Positions 48,601-60,600 of a stretch of 64,000 nt of DNA are shown here, in pieces. The stretch covers positions 68,678,890 to 68,742,889 of the forward strand of contig NC_057725.1 of the NCBI RefSeq assembly GCF_004010195.1. Direction: 5' to 3'. A program made the position numbers and the translations under genes. The notes under the pieces were generated by a model. The model made no database searches. It saw only the letters and a program-made list of their open reading frames with translations, and was not told the DNA's origin. Source of the stretch: Chiloscyllium plagiosum (Eukaryota). How positions within the stretch are numbered: the first letter of the stretch is position 1; every line of letters begins with the position of its first letter.

Positions 48601-51600
48601 AGCATCCCTGTGTAAATGAGGAACAGAGCTGGACGGAGAGTGAGCCAGTTGACCACAACATTGTGGTACAGGAGGCTATTCAAGAGGGGGGAGCAAAAAG
48701 ACAAGTAGTAGTTGTAGGGCATTCTTTAATTGAAGGAATAGACAGTATCCTTTGTAAACAGGATTGAGAGTCAACATGGTATGTTGCCTGCCAGTGCCAG
48801 GATGTGGGGCATATCTGACCAGCTTGAAAGGATATTTGAAAGGAAGAGGGAGGATCCAGTTGTTGTGGTCCACATCGGGACAAATGATATAAGCAAGACT
48901 TGGAAAGAGGACCTGTTTAGGGATTATCAGGAACTAGGGATCAAATTAAAGAAAAGTCCTCAAGGATTATAATCTCCGGATTACTGTCCGAGCCATGTCC
49001 CAATCGGCATAGGGACGTGAGAATAAGGGAAGTAAACACGTGGCTAAAAGAATAGTGCGGGAAAGAAGGATTCCTTTGTGTAGGGCATTGGCATCAGTAT
49101 TGGAATAGGAGGCATCTGTACCATTGGGATAGTCTCCACGTGGAGCCAGCTGGGACTCGTGGTCTAGCGAAAAGAATAAATAGGCTGGTCAACAGGATTT
49201 TACATTAGGAAGGGAAGGGTAAAACTCCAAGGAGTATAATGGCCAATGGGAAGCAAAGCTGCAGGTTAACATCTGTGGGGATGAATTCAACTAAATTGAA
49301 AAATATAAAAAAACAAGGAGACCTCGGAAGAGGTTATTAAAGTCTCCAGCGCACAAAATAGGACAGTGTTTGGAAAGGGTTAGGAATCAAACATCAAACA
49401 CACTGGGTAAACGAATAATGATGAGAAGAGGGAGGGTCAATACAGGACTGAGGGTGTTGTGTCTGAATGCGCGCAATATATGAAATAAGGTAAATGAGAT
49501 TGTGGCGCACAGCGAAATTGGAAGGTATGATGTGGCGGGCATCACGGAGACGTGGCTGCAAGGGGGTCAAGACTTTGAGCTAAATATCCAAGGATATCCA
49601 TCTTATCAAAAAGACAGGCAGGTGGACAGAGGGGGTGGGGTTGCCTTGTTTGTAAGGAATGAAAGTAAATCAATAGCGATAAATGAAATAGGGTCAGGTG
49701 ATGTAGAATCTGTGTGGGTAGAGTTGAGGAACTGCAAAGGTTAAAAAAGCATAATGGGAGTTATCTACGGGCCTCTAAATAGTCAGATTTTGGGGTGTAA
49801 GATACATCAGGAGATAGAAAATGCATGTCAGAAAGGCAAGGTTACAGTGATCATGGAGGATTTCAAGATGCAGGTGGACTGGAAAAGTCAGGTTGATAGT
49901 GAATCGCAAGAAAAGGAATTTGTGAAATGTCTACAAGAGAGCTTTTTGGAGCAGCTTGTGATGGAGCCCACTAGGTGTGATGATGATGCTCCTTTGACAG
50001 GGTTGTGTTGTCCTTGGCTTTGCTCAAATGTGTTTTATGAGACAAGGTTCCGAAATGTCTGGCTTGATCTACTTGAAGAAGCTTTTAAATTTTAAAGAAA
50101 ACACTTGTACAATGAAAGGGAAGTGGCCAGTTCTCCCAGCTCAGTTTGTATCTGGTTTGGTTTGGTTTGGTTTTAGCAGTCTGGTTGTTCAGAGCAAGCA
50201 GTCAGTCAATTTTGAGGCTGCTGGTCAAAGAAACAGCTACATGGAAGAAGATGTTCCATGCTGAATCTCTGACATCTCTCCTGTAAGACCCTGTGTTTGA
50301 TTTTACCTTTATTTTGCAAAGGGGTGTTTATGGAGATTGTTACAAGTATTTGGAACTGTATTGGGATAGTCTGTTCAGTTTTCAAATAGGTGAAGTTATT
50401 CTATATTGTGTTCTCTTTTGTTTGTGTTTAATTTGGTAAGTTTGCAAATAAATTCTGCTTTGATTAAAACCAAGTGGTTGGGCCAGCTGTATCACTCCTG
50501 GAATATCTATTATATACCTGCTTAAAACAATTCGCAAAGTTAGGGACCGGGCTACTTGCTTGAAATGTTTTGAGGGGGTCTGGCCTAGTCGATAACACTA
50601 GGGAACAGGCAATTCTGGATTTAGTGTGGTGCAATGAGGCAGACTTGCTAAGGGAGCTTAAGGTGAAGGAACCCTTAGGAGGCAGTGATCATAGTATGAT
50701 AGAATTAACTCTGCAATTTGAGACTGAGAAAGTGGAATCAGATATAACGGCATTATAGTTGAATAAAGGCAATGACAGAGACATGAGGGAGGAGCTGAGC
50801 AGAATTAATTGGGAGAGGAGCCTAGCAGGAAAGACAGTGGAACAGCAATGGCAAGAATTTCTGGGAGTAATTCGAGAGTCACAGCAAAGATTCATATTGA
50901 GGAAAAAGAAGCACACTAAAGGGAGAATGAATCAATGTGGTTGACCAGGGAAGTCAGGGACAGCATAAAAGCAAAAGAGAAAGCAAGTAATGTAGTGAAG
51001 ACCAGTGGGAAGCTAGAGGATTGGGAAGCCTACAAAGACTAACAGAGAAAAACAAAGAAAGAAATAAGGAGAGAGATGATTAAACATGAGGGTAAGCTAG
51101 CCGGTAATATTAGGAAAGATTGCAAGAGTTTCTTTAGATATATATAAAGAGCAAAAGTGGACATTGGGCTGCTGGACAGTGATGCTGGAGAAGTAGTAAT
51201 GGGGAACAAAGTGGAACTGAATAATTACTTTGCATCAGTCTTCATGGTGGAAGACACAAGTAATATCCCAAAAATTCAAGAGAGTTGGGGGTCAGCGATG
51301 AGTACGGTGGCCATTACCAAGAAGAAGGTGCTAGAAAAAAACTGAAAGGTCTGCAAGTGGATAAATCATCTGGATCAGATGGGCTACACCCTAGAGTTCT
51401 GAAGACGATAGCTGAAGAGATTGTGGAGGTTCTAGTAGTGATCTTTCAGGTATCACTGGAGTCAGGAAGGGTCCCGAGGACTGGAAAATGGCTAATGTAA
51501 TCCCCCTGTTTAAGAAGGGAGCAAGGCAAAAGTCACAAAATTATAGGCCCATTAGCCTGACCTCAGAAGTTGGTAAGATTTTGGTGTTCATTGTGAAGGA

Positions 51601-54600
51601 TGAGATCTCTGAATACTTGGAAGTGCACGGTAAATTAGGGCAAAGTCAGCATGGTTTCATTAAGAGGAGGTTGTGTCTGAGAAATCCGTTAGAATTCTTT
51701 GAGGAGATAACAAGTAGGTTAGACCAAAGAGAGCCAATGGATGTTATCTATCTGGACTTCCAGAAGGCCTATGATAGGGTGCTGCATAGGAGACTGCTGA
51801 ATAAGATAGGGGCCCATGGTATTGGCGGCAAGGTGCTAGCATAGTTAGAAGATTGGTTGTCTGGCAGAGAGTGAGGATAAAACGGTCCTTCTCAGGATGG
51901 AAGCTGGTAACTAGTGGTGTTCCACAAGGCTCAGTGTAGTGTTGCGAAGTCGAAAGAGTGTATGGTCACTTTAAGAGGGAGGTACCTTTTCTGAGCTGAG
52001 AGATTGACAACACATGTCTGTGATGAGCTAACAGCTGCAGGGAGGGCTGAGAATTGATAATATGTGACAATCAGCTTGGGGTTGTGGTTTGATGTTAAGG
52101 CAACAGATTTTGAATTTAACCAATTAATTTAAATTATGCCCAAGTACCAAAAACCAATTGAATTTGAATTTGATTGTGTTCACAACATCAGACCAATGAG
52201 AGGGTACGAGTTTAGGGGGTGTAAAAAGGAAGGTGAAGGGCAGTGTTTGTCACTGGCCACCCGGGTGTTTTCCTATCTTCCTGGTGGTGGAAATTGAATA
52301 AAGATTGGTGCACTTTGTGTCTTTCACTGTGTCTCACACCTGCACACACACACCATGGGTGCTGGGGATAAAATAAGCACTACCGCACTTAGGTGGTAGT
52401 GTGGGGGTTAAAAGAAAGAAAAAAAAAAAAAANNNNNNNNNNNNNNNNNNNNNNNNNNNNNNNNNNNNNNNNNNNNNNNNNNNNNNNNNNNNNNNNNNNN
52501 NNNNNNNNNNNNNNNNNNNNNNNNNNNNNNNNNNNNNNNNNNNNNNNNNNNNNNNNNNNNNNNNNNNNNNNNNNNNNNNNNNNNNNNNNNNNNNNNNNNN
52601 NNNNNNNNNNNNNNNNNNNNNNNNNNNNNNNNNNNNNNNNNNNNNNNNNNNNNTAAGCACTACCGCACTTAGGTGGTAGTGTGGGGGTTAAATTTTAAAA
52701 AAAAGAAAAAGAAAAAAAAAAGAATAAGAAAAAAAAAGAAACGGGGAGAAAACTGGAAAAAAAAACCAGGAGAAAGGGCAGTGTTTGTCACTGGCCACCA
52801 AAAAAAAATGTAAAAAGGAAGGGTATTTTGAAAATTAGTCAGAACCAACTGCCATCCAACCAAATAAATATCTCCATGTTCTCAAAGAAATCTCTCAGAA
52901 GACATCAACTATTAAAGGTACCAAGAAATTTTATACAAAGACACTCACAGTGAAAAATAAAAATCACAGAAGACGACCCAGGGAGAAATCACTCGGTTCG
53001 GAAAGACAGAAGGAAGCAACAGATTCAGAAGAGCAAAAGGAAGACAGCTTAAGAGACTGTATAGACTTTGAGAGATTAAGTTGATTTAATGTTTAATAAT
53101 TGTGTTATTGGAGCAGCGTTTTAATGGAGTTGGGGTCAGATTGTGATTAGTTGGGGTCAGGTTTGTTCATAGTTTTTGTGTCGTGTTCACTGTTAAGAGT
53201 TAGGAAAATAAATTGTTTTTTATTCTTTAAACAGTGGAAGTCATTCGTTTTCTTTCACTCATTCACATTTAACAGATTATGAGGTGAGCGAGCTTTTCTG
53301 AGGTGTTAGTTTTAATTAGCAGAGGGGTTTGACCTCCGCATCACAACAGTTAGGACCACAGCTTTTCACTTTACGATCTGGATGAAGGAACTGAGGACAT
53401 TTTGGCTAAGTTTACAGATAATACAAAGACAGGTGAAGAGGCAGGTAGGATTGAGGAGGTGGGTAGACTGCAGAAACGTTTAGACAAGTTAGGAGAGTGG
53501 GCAAAGAAGTGGCAGATGGAATACATTGTGGTAAAGTGTGAGGTCATGCACTTTGGTAGGAAGAATAGAGGTATGGACTATTTTCTAAATAGGGAGAAAA
53601 TTTAGAAATCTGAAGTACAAAGGGACTTGGGAGCCCGAGTCCAGGTTTCTCTTAAGGTATAGTTGCAGTTTGAGTCAGTAGTTAAGATGGCAAATACAAC
53701 GTTGTCATTCATTTTGAGAGGACGAGAATATAAAAGCAGGGATGTACTTCTGAGGCTTTGTAAGGCTCTGGTCAGATCACATTTAGAGTATTGTGAGCAA
53801 TTTTGGGTCCCATTCCTCAGGAAAGATGTATTGGCCCTGGAGCGGGCCCAGAGGATGATCCCAGAATGAAAGGCTTAGCATATGAGGAACGTTTGAAGAC
53901 TCTGAAACTGTACTCGATGGAGTTTAGAAGGATGAGTGGGGATCTGATTGAAACTTTCAGAATACTGAATGACCTGAACAGAGTGGACGTTGGGAAGATG
54001 TTTCCATTAGCAGGAGAAAAGGGTTAGTGTGGACTTGTTGGACCAAAGGACCTGTTTCCACACTGTAGGGAATCTAACCTAACTTCTCATTTAAAAAAGA
54101 AACCTATCAGCCGTGATTGAATGGTGGAGCAGACTCGATTGGCCGACTGGCCTATTTTCTGCACCGATGTCTTATGGTCAAATATGTCAGTGTGCAGTTC
54201 TGCACGAGGGAAGGAACACACCCAGCTCAACGATTGCAACCACTAAACCCAGTTTCAGGAACAGCTAGGAGGGTTGGGAACCATCTCACAGAGATGCCCT
54301 CAGGCCTGGCAGAGGAAGGGCCCTGAAATGGACATGTCTGGGTGGAAGATTGCTCAAACGAAAATGGTCACCCATGTTTGTAAATCACTCTGCAGTGCTT
54401 CTGAACTGAACATCATAACAATGCGAGGGACGACAGGAAAGAATCCCTGGCACCAAACTTGCACAATAGCCTGGACTGTGCAGGGAAAAAAGCCATGTAA
54501 TGGGGAGCACGGTAATCATTTGATTTGTTCACCTACCTGGAGGCTACCTCTGTTATCACACTCATCGTCTGTGTCTCAGTGCTGTCTGCTAGCCAGGATG

Positions 54601-57600
54601 TCTCCTCCGACCGGAGGTAATCTGTAGCTAGAACGAGATTCAAAAGGTAAAACGTAACATCTGATTACTGTTCTACAGCTGAGAAAAATAAACCCTTTTA
54701 AAAAGAATAAGTTTTCTGTGCATACCTCACCATGCAAACAAGGAACAAGAATCGACTACTCAGCCCCTTGGATTTGCTCTCCCATTCAATAAGACCATGG
54801 CTGATCTCATTTTAACCTCAATTCTACATTCCTGTGATTCCCCCAATAATGGTACATCTTCTTGGTAACCAATCATCTATCTAGCTCAGCCTTAAAAATA
54901 TTTAAAGATTCTGCATCCACTGCAATTTGAGGAAGGGAATTCCAAAGACTCTTAGAGAAAGAAATCGTTTCCTCATCTCTATTTTAAATGGACACCTCCT
55001 AATTTTTAAACAATAACCTCTAGTTCCAGGTTGTCCCATAAGAGGAAACATCATTCTCTAGCCGGTCAGTTTAACACAGCTTCCTGCTCACATACCCACA
55101 TATCTGTCCCCAGCATGCCGCAGTGCTCTGGTAAATCACAGCATACACTGGAGGAACAACATCTCATCTTCAGACTAGGCACCTTACAGCCTTCTGGACT
55201 TAATACTGAGTTCAACACCTTCAAATTGTGAACCAACTCCCAATTCTTCCCTTTCTTTTAGCGTGTTATGTTCTGTTATCATGTCCTCTCCCCTCTGCAC
55301 CCCCCCTCCATCCCAGTTACTGTCCTTTCAAATCTGGTAGTTAGACACATTGTCTGCCATTTTCACATTCTGATCACATAATCTCAACTACCAATATCTT
55401 TTCTCCACCAGCACCCTCTAACCTTGGGATCCTACAACCACATAGCATGAACATTGAATTCACCAGTTACCAAATCTCCCCTCTCCCCACCCCAGCCCAG
55501 ATCCAAGCCCCGACTCAGATCCGTCCTCTTGACCTGATCTACCTGTCCACCATCCTTCCCATCTGTCCACTCCACACTTCACACTGACCTATCACCATCA
55601 CCTTTGCCCAACTATTGCATCCCAAGGCTCTCACTGTCCATCCTCTGATTATCTTATATGTCTCAATTAAGTCACCTCTCAATCTTCTACTTTCTCATGA
55701 AAACAGCCTCAAATCCCTCAACCCTTCCTCATAAGACCATCCTCCCATACCAGGCAGCATCCGAGTAAATCTCCTCTGCACTCTTTCCAAAGTTTCCACA
55801 TCCTTCCCATAATGTTGTGATCAGAAGTGCACGCAATACTCCAAGTGTGGCCACACAAGAGTTTTATACAGCTGTGACATGACCTCATGGCTCTGAAACA
55901 CAATCCCTCTACCAATAAAAGCCAAAACACCATGTCTTCTTCACAACCCTATCAACCTGACTTTCAGCAATTTACGCACATGGACACCAAGATCTCTCTG
56001 CTCATCTACACTACCAAGAATCTTCCCATTAGCCCAGTACTCTGTATTCCTGTTGCTTCTTCCAAAGTGAATCACCGCACACTTTTCCGCATTAGACTCC
56101 ATTTGTCACCTCTCAGTCCAGCTCTACAGCTCATCTACATCCCACTGTAACCTACAACAGCCTTCGGCACTATATACAACTCCACCAACCTTAGTTTCAT
56201 CTGCAAATATATGAACCCATCCTTCTACACCTTCATCCAGGTCATTTACTAAAATGTCAAACAGCAGTGGAACCAAAACAGATCCTTGTGGTACACCACT
56301 AGTAACTGAACTCCAGGATGAACATTTCCCATCAACCACCACCCTCTGTCTTCTTTCAGCTAGCCAATTTCAGATCCAAACCGCCAAATCACCCTCAATC
56401 CCATGCCTCCGTATTTTGTGCAATAGCCTACGGAGGGGAACCTTATCAAACGCCTTCCTGAAATCCATATGCACCACATCAACCGCTTTAGACTCATCCA
56501 CCTGTTTGGTCACCTTCTCAAAGAACTCAATACAGTTTTTGAGGCACGACTTACCCTTCACAAAACTGTGTTGACTATCCCTAATCAACTTCTTCCTTTT
56601 TAGATGATTATAAATCCTATCTCCTATAACCTTTTCCAACACTTTACCCACAACCAAAGTGAGGCTCACAGGTCTATAATTACCAGGGTTGTCTCTACTC
56701 CCCTTCTTGAACAAGGAGACATTTGCCATCCTCCAGTCTTCTGGCACTATTCCTGTAGACATGACGACATAAAGGTCAAAGTCAAAGGCTCTGCAATCTC
56801 CTCCTTGGCTTCCCAGAGAGTCCTAGAATAAATCTCATCTGGCCCAGGGGACTTATCTATTTTCACACTTTTCAAGGTATTGATCTATCCTTTAGCCTAA
56901 ATTGTCAGTTTACTTTTGTGAGTTCTGCTTTCATGCTCTCATAACTGTCCTATTTTAAATTTACAATATTAGTCTCAGACCAACACTTCTGCCCTTTAAA
57001 CATTATGCAAAATTCAATTATGTTATGGTCACTGCTACCTAGGGCATTTTCACAAATGGTCAATAATTAAACATATCTTGTTGGACAAGACCAGGTCTAG
57101 TGTAGTCCACTCTCTGGTTGATGCTCTGTACTTCCCATTCCCATAACTAACTGAGTCCCGTTGCTCCTGAAGCTGAGCTCTCTCTGCTTCAGTCAGTCAC
57201 AGTACCTGGTTCTGTAGACAATTCTGACTTGCGTTTGATGTCAGGCATCTGTATTACTCTAGAGCTATTAGCCGGTGCATTTGGAAGTGCCCAAAGCCTC
57301 ACATTGTGTGTATCCCCCAGCTGAGGAGCTGCAGATCGACAAGTCGGCCGGCTGATAGATCTCAGAGATCTCGATTTCGAGGTCAACCAGGTACTTTGAG
57401 GTCTGCACAGGAACAAAGTCATGGCTAAGGAACATTACACACTAAAAGGAACACTGTGGCCAGAGGACCCCAACGCACACTGAGTCCTCGCACCCCAACA
57501 GTGAGTCCGTGTCCCCACCCCTCAGCAAACTCCCGACCCCACACCCATTCCCAACCCTCCACCTCCACCTCCATACTGATCCCCTACTCCCACAGTGAGC

Positions 57601-60600
57601 TCCCACTGCACCCACCAACTCACCCTGGGATATAATCTGGACAGTGCCTTCCCCACCCCGACCTCAGGCCAGTGTCTCATCTCCGGGACAGTTCCCCCTC
57701 CCCCCCACCCCCTCACTCATTGTAACATCAGTGTATATAGACTGTGCAAACATGTCTGTCACTCAAACCGCAGAGGAACTTGTGCAAATCTCTGAATGGC
57801 TGTGGTGTGTCTAACCCTCTGGTGTAAAACCTCGTCTAAAACAGCTTCTGGAGTTTTCATATCTGATGGCCATGTTGCTTATTTTTCACCCTAACAGTCA
57901 GTGAAGTTCTTGGGACAGAAACAGTTCTGTCTTCAGCAAGAGACTGGTTTAAATTCAAACCCTTATTATGTCCTCCCAGTAAACTGCCTCTGCTCGTACA
58001 TTCCTGTATCGGTAGCCTCAAGGGTTCAGAATGCGCCGTACAATTTACAAAACACTACAGATTGTACCGGACACCAGCACTGCAGCAGCACAGTTTTAGG
58101 CTTGAGGAGATCACCGGGCTGTAAGGCCATCAAGGAATTTGATAATGAGGATGAAAGTGTCCGTGTGTGTGTACATTATCTATGTACAGATACCTACCGT
58201 TGGGAACTTATTGCAGACGTGGAGGAAGAACAGGTCAAGGACAAACCACCTGGGGAAATGAGAAAAGGTTACACATCATTGCCATTTTTGTGCATTTACA
58301 ATGGAAGAGAATTTTGAATTTTTACTTGGTTTCCCTTTGAGAATCAGTGAACCTTCATCTTGATTTGTATCTCTCCAGATATAGTTGTAGAGTCCCAGTC
58401 TATGGCAGGAGAATGAATGGATGAGTAGTGTTGTATACCACACTGGGTAGAACTAACACTTGCTCAGTCATCAGCTGCTATCCTTGAATAACTTTCATTT
58501 CTCAGTGAAGAAAACAGCAGCAGAGAGGACTGTACACTACAGCGCCTCCCCACTTAAAGAAAAACATGCACATTAAAATGTGAAAAAGTATGTAATTTCC
58601 CAAAATATGATAGGACTAAGCCAACATTAACCGTGCCTTAAATTCAACAGGTTGGGATGCAAACTAGTTGTTACTATAATCACAACTGAAGCATGTATGA
58701 TTGATATTGCCAGAGTAAACATAAACAAAAAAGGAAATAGTGTTTTTCTTCTTCTCTGCTACGTATACTCAATTAACTTATTTGGTTTCTATCCAAGTAT
58801 TACCTGTTATTCCCATGAACTTGACTCTGCTCTCTCAATATCTTTTAAAATATGGATTCTGAGCTTTGATTTTAACTACCCAATCTACTTAGCCATTGGG
58901 ACTGTGACATTGGTTTTATTTTAACCAAAGACCCTGACTAGGTCTGTAATACCAGACAGTTTTCAATTTCTTTCTGAATTTCCCTTTAGGTTGTGGCAGG
59001 ATTTTGGATGGTCAGGGAGCTTCTCTGTTCTCCCTTTGTCAGATTTCCTCTTTCGGCAAGTGATCCAGGTGGCGTTGACAGAGAGTCTCTCTCTCTCTCT
59101 GGTCTTCACTGAGTGTGTGACTGTAGCTGGTCTTTTCACAACAACTTCAATCACCACCTTCAACTCATCCCCTCCCCCACCTCATCATGACCTTCTGACC
59201 AGCACCAAACTCTATCTGTTTCATGCCTCCCATTTCAGGAGTCAACTTCTCTTCTTTTGTATTTTGCCAGAGATCAGGCTTAAACAAACAAGACTTTGTC
59301 CAATATTCCTGGGAATACATCCAGGGTAGTTATTTGGGTGGAACTGAGAAATAAGAAAGGGATGATCACATTATTGGGAGTATATTATAGATCCCCTAAT
59401 AGTCAGCGGGAAATTGAGAAACAAATTTGTAAGGAGATCTCAGTCGTCTGTAAGAATAATAGGGTGGTTACGGGTTTAGATGGAGAGGAATTGGTTAAGT
59501 GATTTTTCTGAATCAGTATGTGGATGTACCTACTAGAGAAAGTGCAAAACTTGACCTACTCTTGGGAAGTAAGGCAGGGCAGGTGACTGAGATGTCAGTG
59601 GGGGAGCACTTTGGGGCCAGTGACCATAATTCTATTAGTTTTAAAATTGTGATGGAAAAGGATAGACCAGATCTAAAACTTGAAGTACTAAATTGGAGAA
59701 AGGCCAATGCTCACCAGTCTCCCATGGGGAACCTTGTTGAACGCCGTACTGAAGTCCGTATAGATCACATCTACTGCTCTGCCCTCATTAATCCTCTTTG
59801 TTACCTCTTCAAAAACCTCAATCAAGTTTGTGAAATATGATTTCCCACATAAAGCCATGTTGACTATTCCTAATCAGTCCTTGCCCTACCAAGCACATGT
59901 ATATCCTGTCCCTCAGGATTCCCTCCAACAACTTGCCCACTATCAGGCTCATTGGTCTATAGTTCCTGGCTTGTCCTTACCACCTTTCTTAAACAGTGGC
60001 ACCCACGTTAGTCAACCTCCAGTCTTCCAGCACCTCAAAGTGGCTATACAAATATCTCAGTAAGAGGCCCAGCAATCACTTTAATGGTTTAAATGGAGAG
60101 GAATTTGTTAAGTGTGTACAGGAAACTTTTCTGATTCAGTATGTGGATGCAACTACTAGAGGAGGTGCAAAACTTGACCTACTCTTGGGAAATAAGGCAG
60201 AGCAGGTGACGGAGGTGTGAGTGGGGAGCATTTTGGGGCCAGTGACCATAATTCTATTAGTTTTAAAATTGTGATGGAAAAGGATAGACCAGATCTAAAA
60301 CTTGAAGTACTAAATTGGAGAAAGGCCAATTTTGAAGGTATAAGGCAAGAATTTTCAAAAGGAGAAAGTGAGGACTGCAGATGCTGGAGATCAGAGCTGA
60401 AAATGTGTTGCTGGAAAATTGCAGCAGGTCAGGCAGCATCCAAGGAGCAGGAGAATCGACGTTTCGGGCATGAGCCCTTCTTCAGAAATGAGGAAAGTGT
60501 GCCAAGCAGGCTAAGATAAAAGGTAGGGAGGAGGGACTGGGGTCATGTCCGAAACGTCGATTCTCCTGCTCCTTGGATGCTGCCTGACCTGCTGCGCTTT

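Larger units (their letters stand above)
48300..54180 (+). mobile_element. Near full-length decayed CR1 LINE carrying two solo LTRs
   Basis: ORF1 MAGQVMCCSCMMWE...HICNKC and VVHIGTNDI; ORF2 DVAGITETWL, EPTR|EQAILDLV, GVPQGSV|LGPQLF, KFTDNTK, HLEYCEQFW; HE1-like tail fragment at ~54020-54085. Confidence 0.9.

Noticed and set aside
58903-59163. Minus-strand ORF as an extra exon, or a TG..CA segment as an LTR
   Set aside because: No convincing donor or acceptor pair and no target-site duplication.
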